Assembly: GCA_017551515.1 (NCBI GenBank)
Contig: JAFZLK010000109.1
Location: 13,863-77,862 of the forward strand
DNA from: Bacteroidales bacterium
GTDB taxonomy: Bacteria; Bacteroidota; Bacteroidia; Bacteroidales; ML635J-15
Direction: 5' to 3'
Length of the DNA stretch: 64,000 nucleotides
Below the pieces are notes generated by a model. The model had not been told where the DNA came from. It saw only the letters and a program-made list of their open reading frames with translations, and did no database searches. Of the stretch, positions 40,414-49,195 are shown in pieces; position 1 is the first letter of the stretch; every line of letters begins with the position of its first letter. The position numbers and the translations under genes are program-made.

Positions 40414-40421
40414 TAATTTTG
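40414..40421 (+). promoter_or_regulatory. Candidate -7 box (TAATTTTG) for the four-helix-bundle/dipeptidase/LysM operon
   Basis: The sequence matches TAnnTTTG and lies 20 nt upstream of the ATG at 40442. No clean -33 TTTG is present. Confidence 0.35.
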
Positions 40422-40441
40422 CAAAGCAAAAATTTCTTGTA

Positions 40442-41092
40442 ATGGACAATAACAATCAAAATAACCAAAATTGTTCAGAAGTTCGGAATATTCAGAATAA
40501 TCAGAATACTCCGAATACCTCTGAATCCAATACATTTCTCCCTCAGCATGGGCACTATCGCCACTTGCGAGTATATCAAGTTACAGAAATAATCTATGAT
40601 ATCACCTACTATTTCACACAAAAATACCTACGATTAGGCGACCGCACGATTGATCAAATGGTACAAGCTGCTCGCAGTGGCAAACAAAACATTGCAGAAG
40701 GCAACCAAGCAGCAGCCACATCAAGCGAAACTGAAATCAAATTAACCAATGTAGCAAAAGCAAGTTTGGAAGAACTATTAACCGACTACGAAGATTATTT
40801 GCGCGTACGCAATCTACAGCAATGGGGGCAATTACATCCACGATATGAAGCACTTCGCCAATATGCTCGTAGCGAAAAGATTATGCAAGACTATACACAA
40901 CAAATAAAACGCTTGAACGATGAAGAAATAGCCAATCTTTGCATTACTCTCATACATCAAGCTACATATCTATTACACAAGCTTTTAATCACAATGCAAA
41001 ACCGCTTTGTAACTGAAGGTGGCATAAAAGAACAAATGTATAACGCAAGAGCTAATTACCGTAACTCCATAAACAATAACAAAAAAGAATAA
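40442..41092 (+). CDS. Four-helix-bundle protein with a suffix domain (23S rRNA intervening-sequence protein family)
   Basis: 'YRHLRVYQ...IYDITYYF...DQMVQAARSGKQNIAEG' is the characteristic helix1-helix2/'NIAEG' core. The C-terminal extension 'ETEIKLTNVAKASLEELLTDYEDYLRVR...' is typical of the suffix-domain subfamily. The N-terminal ~30 aa are N/Q-rich low complexity. Confidence 0.8.
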   Translation: MDNNNQNNQNCSEVRNIQNNQNTPNTSESNTFLPQHGHYRHLRVYQVTEIIYDITYYFTQKYLRLGDRTIDQMVQAARSGKQNIAEGNQAAATSSETEIKLTNVAKASLEELLTDYEDYLRVRNLQQWGQLHPRYEALRQYARSEKIMQDYTQQIKRLNDEEIANLCITLIHQATYLLHKLLITMQNRFVTEGGIKEQMYNARANYRNSINNNKKE

Positions 41093-41096
41093 TAAT

Positions 41097-42728
41097 ATGA
41101 TAAAAAATTTTCTCACAGCAATAAGCCTTTGTGCAATGGCAACATTCGCCACCGCTCAAATCGACTATACCGACTGGGTTGGCAACTACCCAGACGGTTG
41201 CACAAGCATAACTGTTGGCAAAAAAGCCAGTGCCGACGGCTCGGTATTCACCTCGCACACCGACGACAGCCACCGCTCTAAGTCGGAATTCAACATAGAG
41301 CCTGCTCGCGACTACCCCAAAGGAACTACCAAGAAAATATACAAGCGCGTGTCGAAAAACATCTACGCAATGCCAACATACGAATTTGAGGAAATCGGTG
41401 AAATTCCGCAAGTTGCACATACATACCGCTATATAAACACAGCCTACCCCTGCATGAACGAAAAGCAACTCGGCATTGGCGAATCGACTTTCGGCGGACG
41501 CAAGTCACTGGTTTCAGAAAACGGACTAATCGACTGCACTCAACTTTGCCAACTTATGCTCGAGCGTTGCGCAACCGCACGCGAGGCCATAACATTAGCA
41601 GGTGAACTAATAAAGGAATACGGCTGGATTGATGTCGGCGAGTGCCTCACGATAGCCGATAAAAACGAAGTATGGCACCTTGAAATAATAGGTCCGGGCA
41701 AAGGCAAGAAAGGTGGAATCTGGGTTGCACAGCGCGTCCCCGACGACCACGTTGCCGTCAACGCCAACGCCAGCACCATCAAGCATATAGACTTGAAAAA
41801 CAGCGACATGTTCATGGCAAGCGAAAACATCTTCAAGATGGCTTTGGATTCGGGATGGTGCAAGTCGGAAGCCGATTTTCAATTCTGCCATGCCTACGCA
41901 CCCGAAAGTCGCAACAGCATAGCCGCCCGCCGCCGCGAATGGCGCGTGTTCGACCTTGTTGCACCGTCGCTAAAACTCGACTCCAACGACAAGGACTATC
42001 CATTTTCGGTAAAACCCGACAAACCAGTGACTTTGGAGCAACTTTCGATGATTTTCCGTGACTACTACGAAGGCACGCCCTACGACATAACCCACGCGCT
42101 AACCGTAACCGACAAAAACGGCAACGAAGTGATTTCGCCGATGGCAAACCCACAAATGCCATACGACCAAATGAAAATCGAGAATGTTCGCGGAAGCTGG
42201 TACGATGTCGATTCAAAAACTGGCAAAATTGAAATGCTCGGAGAACGCACAATAGCCCGCTGGTACACAATGTACGCCACAATTTTGCAATGTCGCTCGT
42301 GGTTGCCAGATGAAATAGGCGGTGTGGCTTGGATTGCCCTCGACAATGTTGCGACATCGATTTATGTGCCGTTTTACCCTCAAATCACGCAACTACCCAA
42401 ATGCTACGAAACACCCGGTCGTCCAAATGGTTACACACAGGAATCAGCTTGGTGGGCGTTCAACAGGTTGGGAACACTCACGCACCAGCGCTGGGGCGAC
42501 ATGCGCAAGGATGTAGTTGACGCAGTGTGGATTCCTTGGCAGAAAGAACTTTTCGACAACCAGCAGAACATTGAGGATGAAGCAAAAGCCTTGATGGACA
42601 AGAAGAACGGTCGCAAGGAAGCAATAGCCAAGTTGACCGAATATTCAAATATGTGGGGACAAAAAGTTGTTGACAAGGCATGGAAACTGGGCGATTTCCT
42701 TTGGACAAAATATGATGAAAAATTCTAA
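41097..42728 (+). CDS. C69-family dipeptidase, secreted
   Basis: The signal peptide 'MIKNFLTAISLCAMATFATAQ' is followed by 'DGCTSITVGKKASADGSVFTSHTDD', the N-terminal nucleophile Cys context of peptidase C69. The protein is 543 aa and starts 4 nt after the preceding stop. Confidence 0.88.
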   Translation: MIKNFLTAISLCAMATFATAQIDYTDWVGNYPDGCTSITVGKKASADGSVFTSHTDDSHRSKSEFNIEPARDYPKGTTKKIYKRVSKNIYAMPTYEFEEIGEIPQVAHTYRYINTAYPCMNEKQLGIGESTFGGRKSLVSENGLIDCTQLCQLMLERCATAREAITLAGELIKEYGWIDVGECLTIADKNEVWHLEIIGPGKGKKGGIWVAQRVPDDHVAVNANASTIKHIDLKNSDMFMASENIFKMALDSGWCKSEADFQFCHAYAPESRNSIAARRREWRVFDLVAPSLKLDSNDKDYPFSVKPDKPVTLEQLSMIFRDYYEGTPYDITHALTVTDKNGNEVISPMANPQMPYDQMKIENVRGSWYDVDSKTGKIEMLGERTIARWYTMYATILQCRSWLPDEIGGVAWIALDNVATSIYVPFYPQITQLPKCYETPGRPNGYTQESAWWAFNRLGTLTHQRWGDMRKDVVDAVWIPWQKELFDNQQNIEDEAKALMDKKNGRKEAIAKLTEYSNMWGQKVVDKAWKLGDFLWTKYDEKF

Positions 42729-42731
42729 GCA

Positions 42732-44174
42732 ATGTCGTTAAAACTCAGATACATAGTTACCATTTTGATAACCGCAATGCCCTTTTGCACGACATTCGCG
42801 CAAAAGGATTATGTATCATCGTTGAAAAAGAATCTCGGAGACTATAGTTCGCAATACATTGAAGCAAAAGTTGAATCCGCACCTGTAAGCGAGCATCTTT
42901 ATCCCAAAGTGCTTATCGAGGAAGAATCTTACACATTGACACAGAATGCAATATCATACTACGATGCAATATCGTCTCTACCAACCGAAACAAAAAACGC
43001 CATGCTGAAAGCGCATTCGGAAATTGCATTCTCTGCAGAAAAATCAGCCCTTTCCTCCTACCCAGATGAACTTTTGTGGCTTCCGTTTGCAATATCGGCA
43101 TTCAACAAAGACTACGAACAGGATGGTAATTGCGGATTCTGGGGCTTGCAATACCTATATGCAATAAAATACGGAGTAGAAATCAGCGAATGCACAGATG
43201 GTAGGCACGACATTTTGCTATCGACAAAGGCTGCAATCCGCCAGTTGCAATATTTCCACGAAAAATTTGAAAAATGGGACATAGCCTTGGCTGCCTACCT
43301 TTTCGGGCCATCGAACCTAAAGCTGATGCAAGTTCAAGGCAAGCAAACCTCCGAAATTTACACCTCGCTCGACCCTTACGGCAAGAATATTTTCGACATC
43401 TGGTGCGCAGTGATTTCGTGGGCGGAGAACTACAGGAACAGCAAAATCGAGATCAAGGAAATCGAACAGCAATACGACACCATCCGCATCTGCGACCGCA
43501 TTCATATTGAGCAGATTTCTAAAGTTATGGGCATAAGTATCAACGAACTAAAATCGCTCAACGCCACTTTCAGTTGTGAAGTAATTGACGGGCGAAGAAC
43601 ACCCGTAACATACAGACTGCCAGCAGGTCGCAAGGACGATTTTGCAACGCTTCACGACAGCATTGTGAAGTATAACGACACAATATACTTTCCGCCACCA
43701 AAAGCACCTGCCGAACCGAAAAACTATGTCGTAGAAGGCAACGGCGACAAGATTATATACACCATACAAAGTGGCGACTATTTGGGAAAAATTGCACAGA
43801 AGTTCGGTGTGAAAGTCAGCGACATACAAGCTTGGAACGGACTTAGCGGGACAAACATAACCGCAGGAAAAACTCTTATAATCTGGACTGGCAAAAAGTC
43901 GACACAAAGCAATCAAACTACGCAAACAAAGACAACTACAACAGCGCAAAAGCCTGCTACGCAATCAAACACAAGCACTTCCGGCTCTGCTACATTCAAC
44001 GCGAAGGACTATACCTTGGTTGAAACCTACACTGTAAAATCGGGTGACAATCCGTACAACATAGCCAAACGCTATAGTTGGGCAACAGCAGATGAAATTC
44101 TGAAATGGAACAACATCTCAGACCCATCAAAGTTACAGATTGGACAGAAACTAAAAATATACAAGAAGAAGTAA
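42732..44174 (+). CDS. LysM-domain peptidoglycan-binding protein with an MltD/SLT-like N-terminal domain
   Basis: Two C-terminal LysM motifs are present ('YTIQSGDYLGKIAQKFGVKVSDIQAWNGL' and 'YTVKSGDNPYNIAKRYSWATADEILKWNNI'). The N-terminal 'LPFAISAFN...GFWGLQY' resembles the SLT 'ES.FN...GLWQ' region. It starts 3 nt after the dipeptidase stop. Confidence 0.8.
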   Translation: MSLKLRYIVTILITAMPFCTTFAQKDYVSSLKKNLGDYSSQYIEAKVESAPVSEHLYPKVLIEEESYTLTQNAISYYDAISSLPTETKNAMLKAHSEIAFSAEKSALSSYPDELLWLPFAISAFNKDYEQDGNCGFWGLQYLYAIKYGVEISECTDGRHDILLSTKAAIRQLQYFHEKFEKWDIALAAYLFGPSNLKLMQVQGKQTSEIYTSLDPYGKNIFDIWCAVISWAENYRNSKIEIKEIEQQYDTIRICDRIHIEQISKVMGISINELKSLNATFSCEVIDGRRTPVTYRLPAGRKDDFATLHDSIVKYNDTIYFPPPKAPAEPKNYVVEGNGDKIIYTIQSGDYLGKIAQKFGVKVSDIQAWNGLSGTNITAGKTLIIWTGKKSTQSNQTTQTKTTTTAQKPATQSNTSTSGSATFNAKDYTLVETYTVKSGDNPYNIAKRYSWATADEILKWNNISDPSKLQIGQKLKIYKKK

Positions 44175-44302
44175 AAACGCGAAGATTCGCGAGCAAAAAA
44201 GAGACTTTATTTTACAAAAACTGCAGGAAACAATCGCATCTAACAAAGTTAACATTCTACAATTCAACAAATTGATTTTTTTGAAAAAAAGTAAAAAAAA
44301 TG

Positions 44303-44333
44303 TTTGTCAGTTAAAAATGATGTACTATCTTTG
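44303..44333 (+). promoter_or_regulatory. Bacteroidota sigma-A promoter for tRNA-Asn (TTTG-N19-TATCTTTG)
   Basis: TTTG lies at 44303-44306, followed by a 19-nt spacer and TATCTTTG at 44326-44333. The mature tRNA 5' end is 10 nt downstream. Confidence 0.65.
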
Positions 44334-44342
44334 CACCGCTTT

Positions 44343-44416
44343 TCCTCAGTAGCTCAGTTGGTTAGAGCACCTGACTGTTAATCAGGGGGTCGTAGGTTCA
44401 AGTCCTACCTGGGGAG
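44343..44416 (+). tRNA. tRNA-Asn (anticodon GTT)
   Basis: The cloverleaf was read by eye. The acceptor stem is TCCTCAG/CTGGGGA with one G-U pair. The D arm is GCTC-AGTTGGTTA-GAGC. The anticodon stem is CCTGA/TCAGG with loop CTGTTAA (anticodon GTT). The T arm is GTAGG-TTCAAGT-CCTAC. CCA is not encoded. Confidence 0.93.
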
Positions 44417-44420
44417 CAGA

Positions 44421-44449
44421 AAAAGACGGACTGAAATTCCGTCTTTTTT
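44421..44449 (+). terminator. Intrinsic terminator after tRNA-Asn
   Basis: 'AGACGGA-ctgaaat-TCCGTCT' forms a hairpin followed by TTTTT. Confidence 0.8.
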
Positions 44450-44567
44450 CGTTTATAATCAACACATTACAGAACCAATCTCTCAGAATTACATCAAATG
44501 TTCAGATTAGGAACTAACCTTAATTCTTTTTTAACAACCTTAACACTCAAAACTAACTAAAAATTAG

Positions 44568-44575
44568 TATCTTTG
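44568..44575 (+). promoter_or_regulatory. Candidate -7 box (TATCTTTG) for rsfS-ftsH-cdsA
   Basis: The sequence matches TAnnTTTG exactly and lies 20 nt upstream of the rsfS ATG. Confidence 0.45.
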
Positions 44576-44595
44576 TCCCCAAATTTTTAAATAGA

Positions 44596-44970
44596 ATGAG
44601 TAGATTTTCAGTAATAGAAGACACACAAAAACTGCTTGAAGTTATCAATCAAGCAATTCTTGACAAGAAAGGCGAAAATGTTGTCAATATGGACTTGCAA
44701 GCCATTGAAAACCACATTACAAAATATTTCGTAATATGCACAGCCAACTCGGTAATCCACGCCAATACGCTTGCCGACTACATCCGCTACCAGACACGTG
44801 GCACACTGAAGGAAAGACCATGGAAGGAAGAAGGATTCGAGAACAGCGAGTGGATTTTGATGGACTATGTTGACATTGTGGTACACATTTTCCTCCCCGA
44901 AGCACGCGAGTTCTACAAGCTCGAACAACTTTGGGCTGATGCAGAAACCAAATCTATAGAAAACAAATAA
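44596..44970 (+). CDS. rsfS: Ribosomal silencing factor RsfS (iojap family)
   Basis: The protein is 124 aa and carries 'NMDL...YFVICT..S..H...LAD' and 'W.LMDY.DIVVHIF', which are typical of RsfS. It sits immediately upstream of ftsH. Confidence 0.88.
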   Translation: MSRFSVIEDTQKLLEVINQAILDKKGENVVNMDLQAIENHITKYFVICTANSVIHANTLADYIRYQTRGTLKERPWKEEGFENSEWILMDYVDIVVHIFLPEAREFYKLEQLWADAETKSIENK

Positions 44971-44974
44971 GAAA

Positions 44975-46999
44975 ATGGAAGAAAACAAAGGATTCAAGCC
45001 GAACAACAACAATCAAGGCTTGCCAAACAATAACGGAAGTGGCAAGGTTCGATTAATTATTTACATTGTAATTCTCGCTGTGCTAATCGGCATAACATTC
45101 ATCGATTTTGGCGGTGGGGCAAACGAGATAAACTGGAACAAGTTCGAGAACGAAATGCTTCTGACCAATGACGTAGAAAAAGTCGTTGTCGTAAACCGCG
45201 AACGTGCCGACATTTACATCAAACCCGAAAGCCTCGACAAGTTTGGTCAAGCAGGACGCGGAAGTTCCATATTTTCAGGTTCGGTGCCGACTTTCTATTT
45301 CAACATCGGCGATGTAGAAAGTTTTGAGAACAAACTTGCTGAAGCTCAGAAGGATTTGCCTAAAGAACAGCGTGTAAGCGTAGAATACAAGACCGAACAT
45401 GATTATCTTGGCTCAATACTCAGCTGGATTCTTCCTATTGTACTAATACTTGTACTTTGGTGGTTCGTCTTCAACCGCATGAGCGGCGGAAGCGGTGGCG
45501 GACAGATTTTCAACATCGGCAAGTCGAAGGCTCAGGTATTCGACAAGGAACGCAAGGTTAAAGTAAACTTTAAAGATGTTGCCGGGCTTGAGGAAGCCAA
45601 GGTTGAAGTGATGGAAATTGTGGATTTCTTAAAGAATCCCGAAAAATACACAAAATTAGGTGGCAAAATTCCGAAAGGTGCATTGCTTGTAGGCCCTCCA
45701 GGAACAGGTAAGACCTTGTTGGCAAAGGCAGTAGCTGGCGAAGCCGATGTTCCCTTCTTCTCGCTCAGCGGTAGCGATTTCGTTGAAATGTTCGTAGGTG
45801 TTGGTGCATCGCGTGTGCGTGACCTTTTCCGTCAGGCAAAGAGCAAAGCACCATGTATTATATTCATTGACGAAATCGACGCCATCGGTCGCGCACGTGG
45901 AAAGTCAAATAGTTTCAGCGGCAACGATGAAAGAGAAAACACTCTGAACCAACTTCTTACCGAAATGGACGGTTTCGACACCAACAGCGGTGTTATTATC
46001 CTTGCAGCGACCAACCGTGCAGAAATATTAGATTCTGCACTTATGCGTGCAGGACGTTTCGACAGGCAGATTCATCTTGAACTTCCCGACGTGAAGGAAC
46101 GCGAGGAGATTTTCCAAGTACACACCAAGAACCTGAAGATGGCTTCAAGCGTAAAGATTGACTTCCTTGCCAAGCAGACACCAGGTTTCAGCGGTGCCGA
46201 CATTGCCAATGTCTGCAACGAGGCAGCCCTCATCGCCGCACGAAACGACAAGAAAGAAATCGACAAGCAGGACTTCCTCGATGCTGTTGACCGCATAATC
46301 GGCGGATTGGAAAAGAAGAACAAGATTATTTCGGAAACAGAAAAACGCACCATCGCATACCACGAAGCAGGACACGCAACCGTTAGCTGGCTTTTGGAAT
46401 ACGCCAATCCGTTGCTGAAAGTCACGATAATCCCACGCGGAAAGGCTCTCGGTGCAGCATGGTACTTGCCAGAAGAACGTTCGATAACCACCAAAGAGCA
46501 ACTTCTTGATGAAATGTGCGCAACCTTGGGCGGACGTGCTAGCGAAGAAATCAATTTCGGCAAAGTGTCAACAGGCGCACTCAACGACCTTGAACGCGTT
46601 ACCAAACAGGCGATTGCAATGGTTTCGTTCTACGGCATGAGCAACGACATTGGCAACCTCTCCTACTACAATTCGACCGATGACTACGGATTTACAAAGC
46701 CATACAGTGACAAGACTGCCGAAAAGATTGACGCAGATGTAAAATCCATGGTCGAAGAACAATACGAGCGCGCAAAGGAAGTGCTTCGCAACAACATGGA
46801 AGGCCTTACTCAACTTGCCGAAACACTGTTGGAAAAGGAAGTTATCTTCAGCGACGACCTTGAAAGGATTTTCGGCAAACGCAAAGGCGAAAACAAGGCT
46901 CTCGATGCAATAAACGAGGCCAAGGAACAGGAAAAAGCCGAAGCAGAAAACACCTCTAACGAAGAAAACAACGAAAACCAACCAGAACAAGATGCCTAA
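44975..46999 (+). CDS. ftsH: ATP-dependent zinc metalloprotease FtsH
   Basis: There is an N-terminal TM pair, the Walker A motif '[13 protein letters not shown]', the SRH region and the zinc motif 'HEAGHA'. The protein is 674 aa. Confidence 0.97.
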   Translation: MEENKGFKPNNNNQGLPNNNGSGKVRLIIYIVILAVLIGITFIDFGGGANEINWNKFENEMLLTNDVEKVVVVNRERADIYIKPESLDKFGQAGRGSSIFSGSVPTFYFNIGDVESFENKLAEAQKDLPKEQRVSVEYKTEHDYLGSILSWILPIVLILVLWWFVFNRMSGGSGGGQIFNIGKSKAQVFDKERKVKVNFKDVAGLEEAKVEVMEIVDFLKNPEKYTKLGGKIPKGALLVGPPGTGKTLLAKAVAGEADVPFFSLSGSDFVEMFVGVGASRVRDLFRQAKSKAPCIIFIDEIDAIGRARGKSNSFSGNDERENTLNQLLTEMDGFDTNSGVIILAATNRAEILDSALMRAGRFDRQIHLELPDVKEREEIFQVHTKNLKMASSVKIDFLAKQTPGFSGADIANVCNEAALIAARNDKKEIDKQDFLDAVDRIIGGLEKKNKIISETEKRTIAYHEAGHATVSWLLEYANPLLKVTIIPRGKALGAAWYLPEERSITTKEQLLDEMCATLGGRASEEINFGKVSTGALNDLERVTKQAIAMVSFYGMSNDIGNLSYYNSTDDYGFTKPYSDKTAEKIDADVKSMVEEQYERAKEVLRNNMEGLTQLAETLLEKEVIFSDDLERIFGKRKGENKALDAINEAKEQEKAEAENTSNEENNENQPEQDA

Positions 47000-47789
47000 T
47001 ATTCTGAAACGGACCATATTTGGAGCACTTTTCGTAGCAATAACTTGCTTTGCAATCCTATTTTGGGACGGAGCATTATGTGGACTTTATATGCTTCTAT
47101 GTGGATTTATTATGATTTATGAATTCACGAAAATGTTCAAGATGTCAGCAATAGATCTGCTAATGGTCACCGTGATAGGCGGAGAAATTATATCAGCGAC
47201 AGACCTATATTACGGATATTCTTGGGCATTCATTCCTGCACTTGCGTTAATTTTCATTTATTTCATAATTTATCTGTTTAAGAAAGACACAAAACAGGAA
47301 GAACATCTTGGGAAAGCATTCCTAACACTTATATACATTGCCCTCCCATTGGGTATAGCCTCTTACATTAGCCGTAATGACCACCTATTGATAATGGCGA
47401 CATTTCTGCTGATTTGGATTTCAGACACCATGGCTTATCTAGTTGGATGCAAGTTTGGCAAGCACAAGATTTTTGTGCGCATTTCGCCCAAGAAATCGTG
47501 GGAAGGTGCAATTGGCGGATTTGTTTTCACGGTAACAGCATCGGCCTTTGGTGGTTACCTTTTCCCAAAATTGGGATTCGCAGTATGGCAGTGGTGTGTA
47601 ATCGGTGCTACGGTTGGCATTTTCGCAATTCTTGGCGACTTCATCGAATCGATGTTCAAGCGTAGTGCAGATGTAAAAGACTCCGGCAACCTAATCCCCG
47701 GACATGGCGGTCTGCTCGACAGACTTGATAGCTTTATCTTCACAATTCCGTGGATTGCGATAGCAGTGTGGATAATGAGAATGTTTTAG
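46992..47789 (+). CDS. cdsA: Phosphatidate cytidylyltransferase (CDP-diglyceride synthase)
   Basis: The protein is polytopic and carries the signature 'SMFKRSADVKDSGNLIPGHGGLLDRLDS'. There is an 8-nt overlap with the ftsH stop. Confidence 0.9.
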   Translation: MPNILKRTIFGALFVAITCFAILFWDGALCGLYMLLCGFIMIYEFTKMFKMSAIDLLMVTVIGGEIISATDLYYGYSWAFIPALALIFIYFIIYLFKKDTKQEEHLGKAFLTLIYIALPLGIASYISRNDHLLIMATFLLIWISDTMAYLVGCKFGKHKIFVRISPKKSWEGAIGGFVFTVTASAFGGYLFPKLGFAVWQWCVIGATVGIFAILGDFIESMFKRSADVKDSGNLIPGHGGLLDRLDSFIFTIPWIAIAVWIMRMF

Positions 47790-48045
47790 GGCTACGCCCC
47801 TATGCCTACGGCGTTTCAATGGCTAAAGCCGTTTCTAAGTTTCTAGTTTCTATGGCTTCGCCGTTTCTACGCTGCGCTGTTTCTGGGTTTAAGGTTGTTT
47901 GAATGGCTACACCGTTTATACGCTAACGCTGTTTCTATGGGCTTACGCCCGTTTCTATGGTTCTATTGTCTAACAGTCTTGCTGTCTAATAGTCTCTTGG
48001 ACTTGTAGCATACTGCAGACCGCAAGACTGGTCTTCTGTTAGTCA
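47790..48045 (+). repeat. Mosaic intergenic repeat (mini-palindrome+GTTTCT units followed by GTCT-word octamers), filling the whole cdsA/lplA convergent spacer
   Basis: The units include 'GGGCTACGCCCC', 'GCCTACGGCGTTTCA', 'ATGGCTAAAGCCGTTTCT', 'ATGGCTTCGCCGTTTCT', 'ACGCTGCGCTGTTTCT' and 'GGGCTTACGCCCGTTTCT'. They are followed by 'TGTCTAAC AGTCTTGC TGTCTAAT AGTCTCTT ... CCGCAAGACTGGTCTTC'. Confidence 0.85.
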
Positions 48046-49023
48046 CTAAAACATTAACTTTAAAATATCCTCGCCAGTAATTCCCATGAAGTAATCTTCG
48101 GGATTCACCTTCGTAAGCAAATCGGCTACGGCATCTTTTTCATGACGAACACCTATTAACAATTTCTCGAAATCGCTGACATCACGCTTCGCAAAGAAAT
48201 CACCGTAAATCTTTACAGCCGAGATAATTCCTTTTTCAGTTTGCAAGTGCATCTCAATATTTCCGCCAGTAGCTCTTATCATCTTCGAGAACGAATACTT
48301 TGGCGAATGTCCGAAATTCCACTCCCATGTAGAGTATTTTTCATCACGCAACTTGTTTATTGCAACAAGGTCTTCGTCTGTAAACTCATATAGCTGACAA
48401 TTTTCACGGGTTTCCATGATGTGCTTCATAATAAGGTCGGCAAACTGGAGAACAGTCATCGGTGATTTCAGATGCTCGCTGATGTTTGTCACGCGCTTAC
48501 GCACCGATTTAACTGCCTTGTCCTCAAATTTCAACGGATTTACTTTCAATGCATTCGACATGTCGGTCATAGCAGTATCGAAAAGCAAAGTTCCGTGATG
48601 TAGCATTCGTCCGTTGCTTACGCACTGTGCATTGCCCGAAAACTTGCGACCATCAATCATCAGGTCGTTGCGACCTTCGAAGCGGGCATCAACACCAATT
48701 CCATTCAACACCTCAATAATCGGCTGAGTGAAAGTACGGAAATTGCCCTTGCTATTGCTTTCGACAAAGGTAAAATTCAAGTTCTGCAAATCATGGAAAA
48801 CAGCCCCACCGCCAGTCAGACGGCGCACAACCTTAATGTTCTTTTCCTTCACATAGTCGAGATTTATCTCGGCAAGCGAATTCTGGAACAACCCGACAAT
48901 TATTGCCGGTTCGTTGCGCCAAAGCATAAATATATCATCTGAGAAATGCGTGAACACATATTCTTCTACTGCCATGTTGAAATAGGCATCGTTGGAATTG
49001 TTGAAAATACAAAGCATAAACAA
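48046..49023 (-). CDS. lplA: Lipoate-protein ligase A
   Basis: 'RRLTGGGAVFHDLQNLNFTF' and 'GRKFSGNAQ' (lipoyl-AMP binding Lys) are present. The protein is 325 aa with an LplA C-terminal domain. Confidence 0.9.
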   Translation of the reverse strand: MFMLCIFNNSNDAYFNMAVEEYVFTHFSDDIFMLWRNEPAIIVGLFQNSLAEINLDYVKEKNIKVVRRLTGGGAVFHDLQNLNFTFVESNSKGNFRTFTQPIIEVLNGIGVDARFEGRNDLMIDGRKFSGNAQCVSNGRMLHHGTLLFDTAMTDMSNALKVNPLKFEDKAVKSVRKRVTNISEHLKSPMTVLQFADLIMKHIMETRENCQLYEFTDEDLVAINKLRDEKYSTWEWNFGHSPKYSFSKMIRATGGNIEMHLQTEKGIISAVKIYGDFFAKRDVSDFEKLLIGVRHEKDAVADLLTKVNPEDYFMGITGEDILKLMF

Positions 49024-49195
49024 AATTTTTGGTTTCTAGTTTCTAAGTTTCTATGGCTAAAGCCGTTTCTAAGTTTCTGGGTTTCTAAGTTTATGGTTTC
49101 TATGGCTAAAGCCGTTTCTGAGTTTCTGGGTTTCTAAGTTTCTTGGTTTAAGGTTGTTTGAGATGGTTTCAAATGGTTTGAGATGGTTTTAAAGA
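49024..49195 (+). repeat. Mosaic intergenic repeat of the same family, including a 49-bp tandem duplication
   Basis: The two 49-bp copies at 49047-49095 and 49096-49144 ('GTTTCTATGGCTAAAGCCGTTTCT(A/G)AGTTTCTGGGTTTCTAAGTTT...') differ at 3 positions. The tail reads 'GGTTTAAGGTTGTTTGAGATGGTTTCAAATGGTTTGAGATGG'. Confidence 0.9.

Noticed and set aside
40212-40535. 107-aa minus-strand ORF ('MYWIQRYSEYSDYSEYSELL...')
   Set aside because: It is antisense to the 3' end of the ligase gene, the terminator and the low-complexity 5' end of the four-helix-bundle gene. The repetitive peptide mirrors the DNA word repeats.
44175-44200. Hairpin 'CGCGAAGATTCGCG' after the LysM gene as an intrinsic terminator
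   Set aside because: The stem would enclose a loop of only 2-4 nt, and it is followed by an A-rich tract rather than a T-rich one. That is too weak to call.
48946-49137. 63-aa ORF ('...FLWLKPFLSFWVSKFMVSMAKAVSEFLGF')
   Set aside because: It is composed of the GTTTCT repeat array and overlaps the lplA start on the opposite strand. The periodic peptide is a translation artefact of the repeat.
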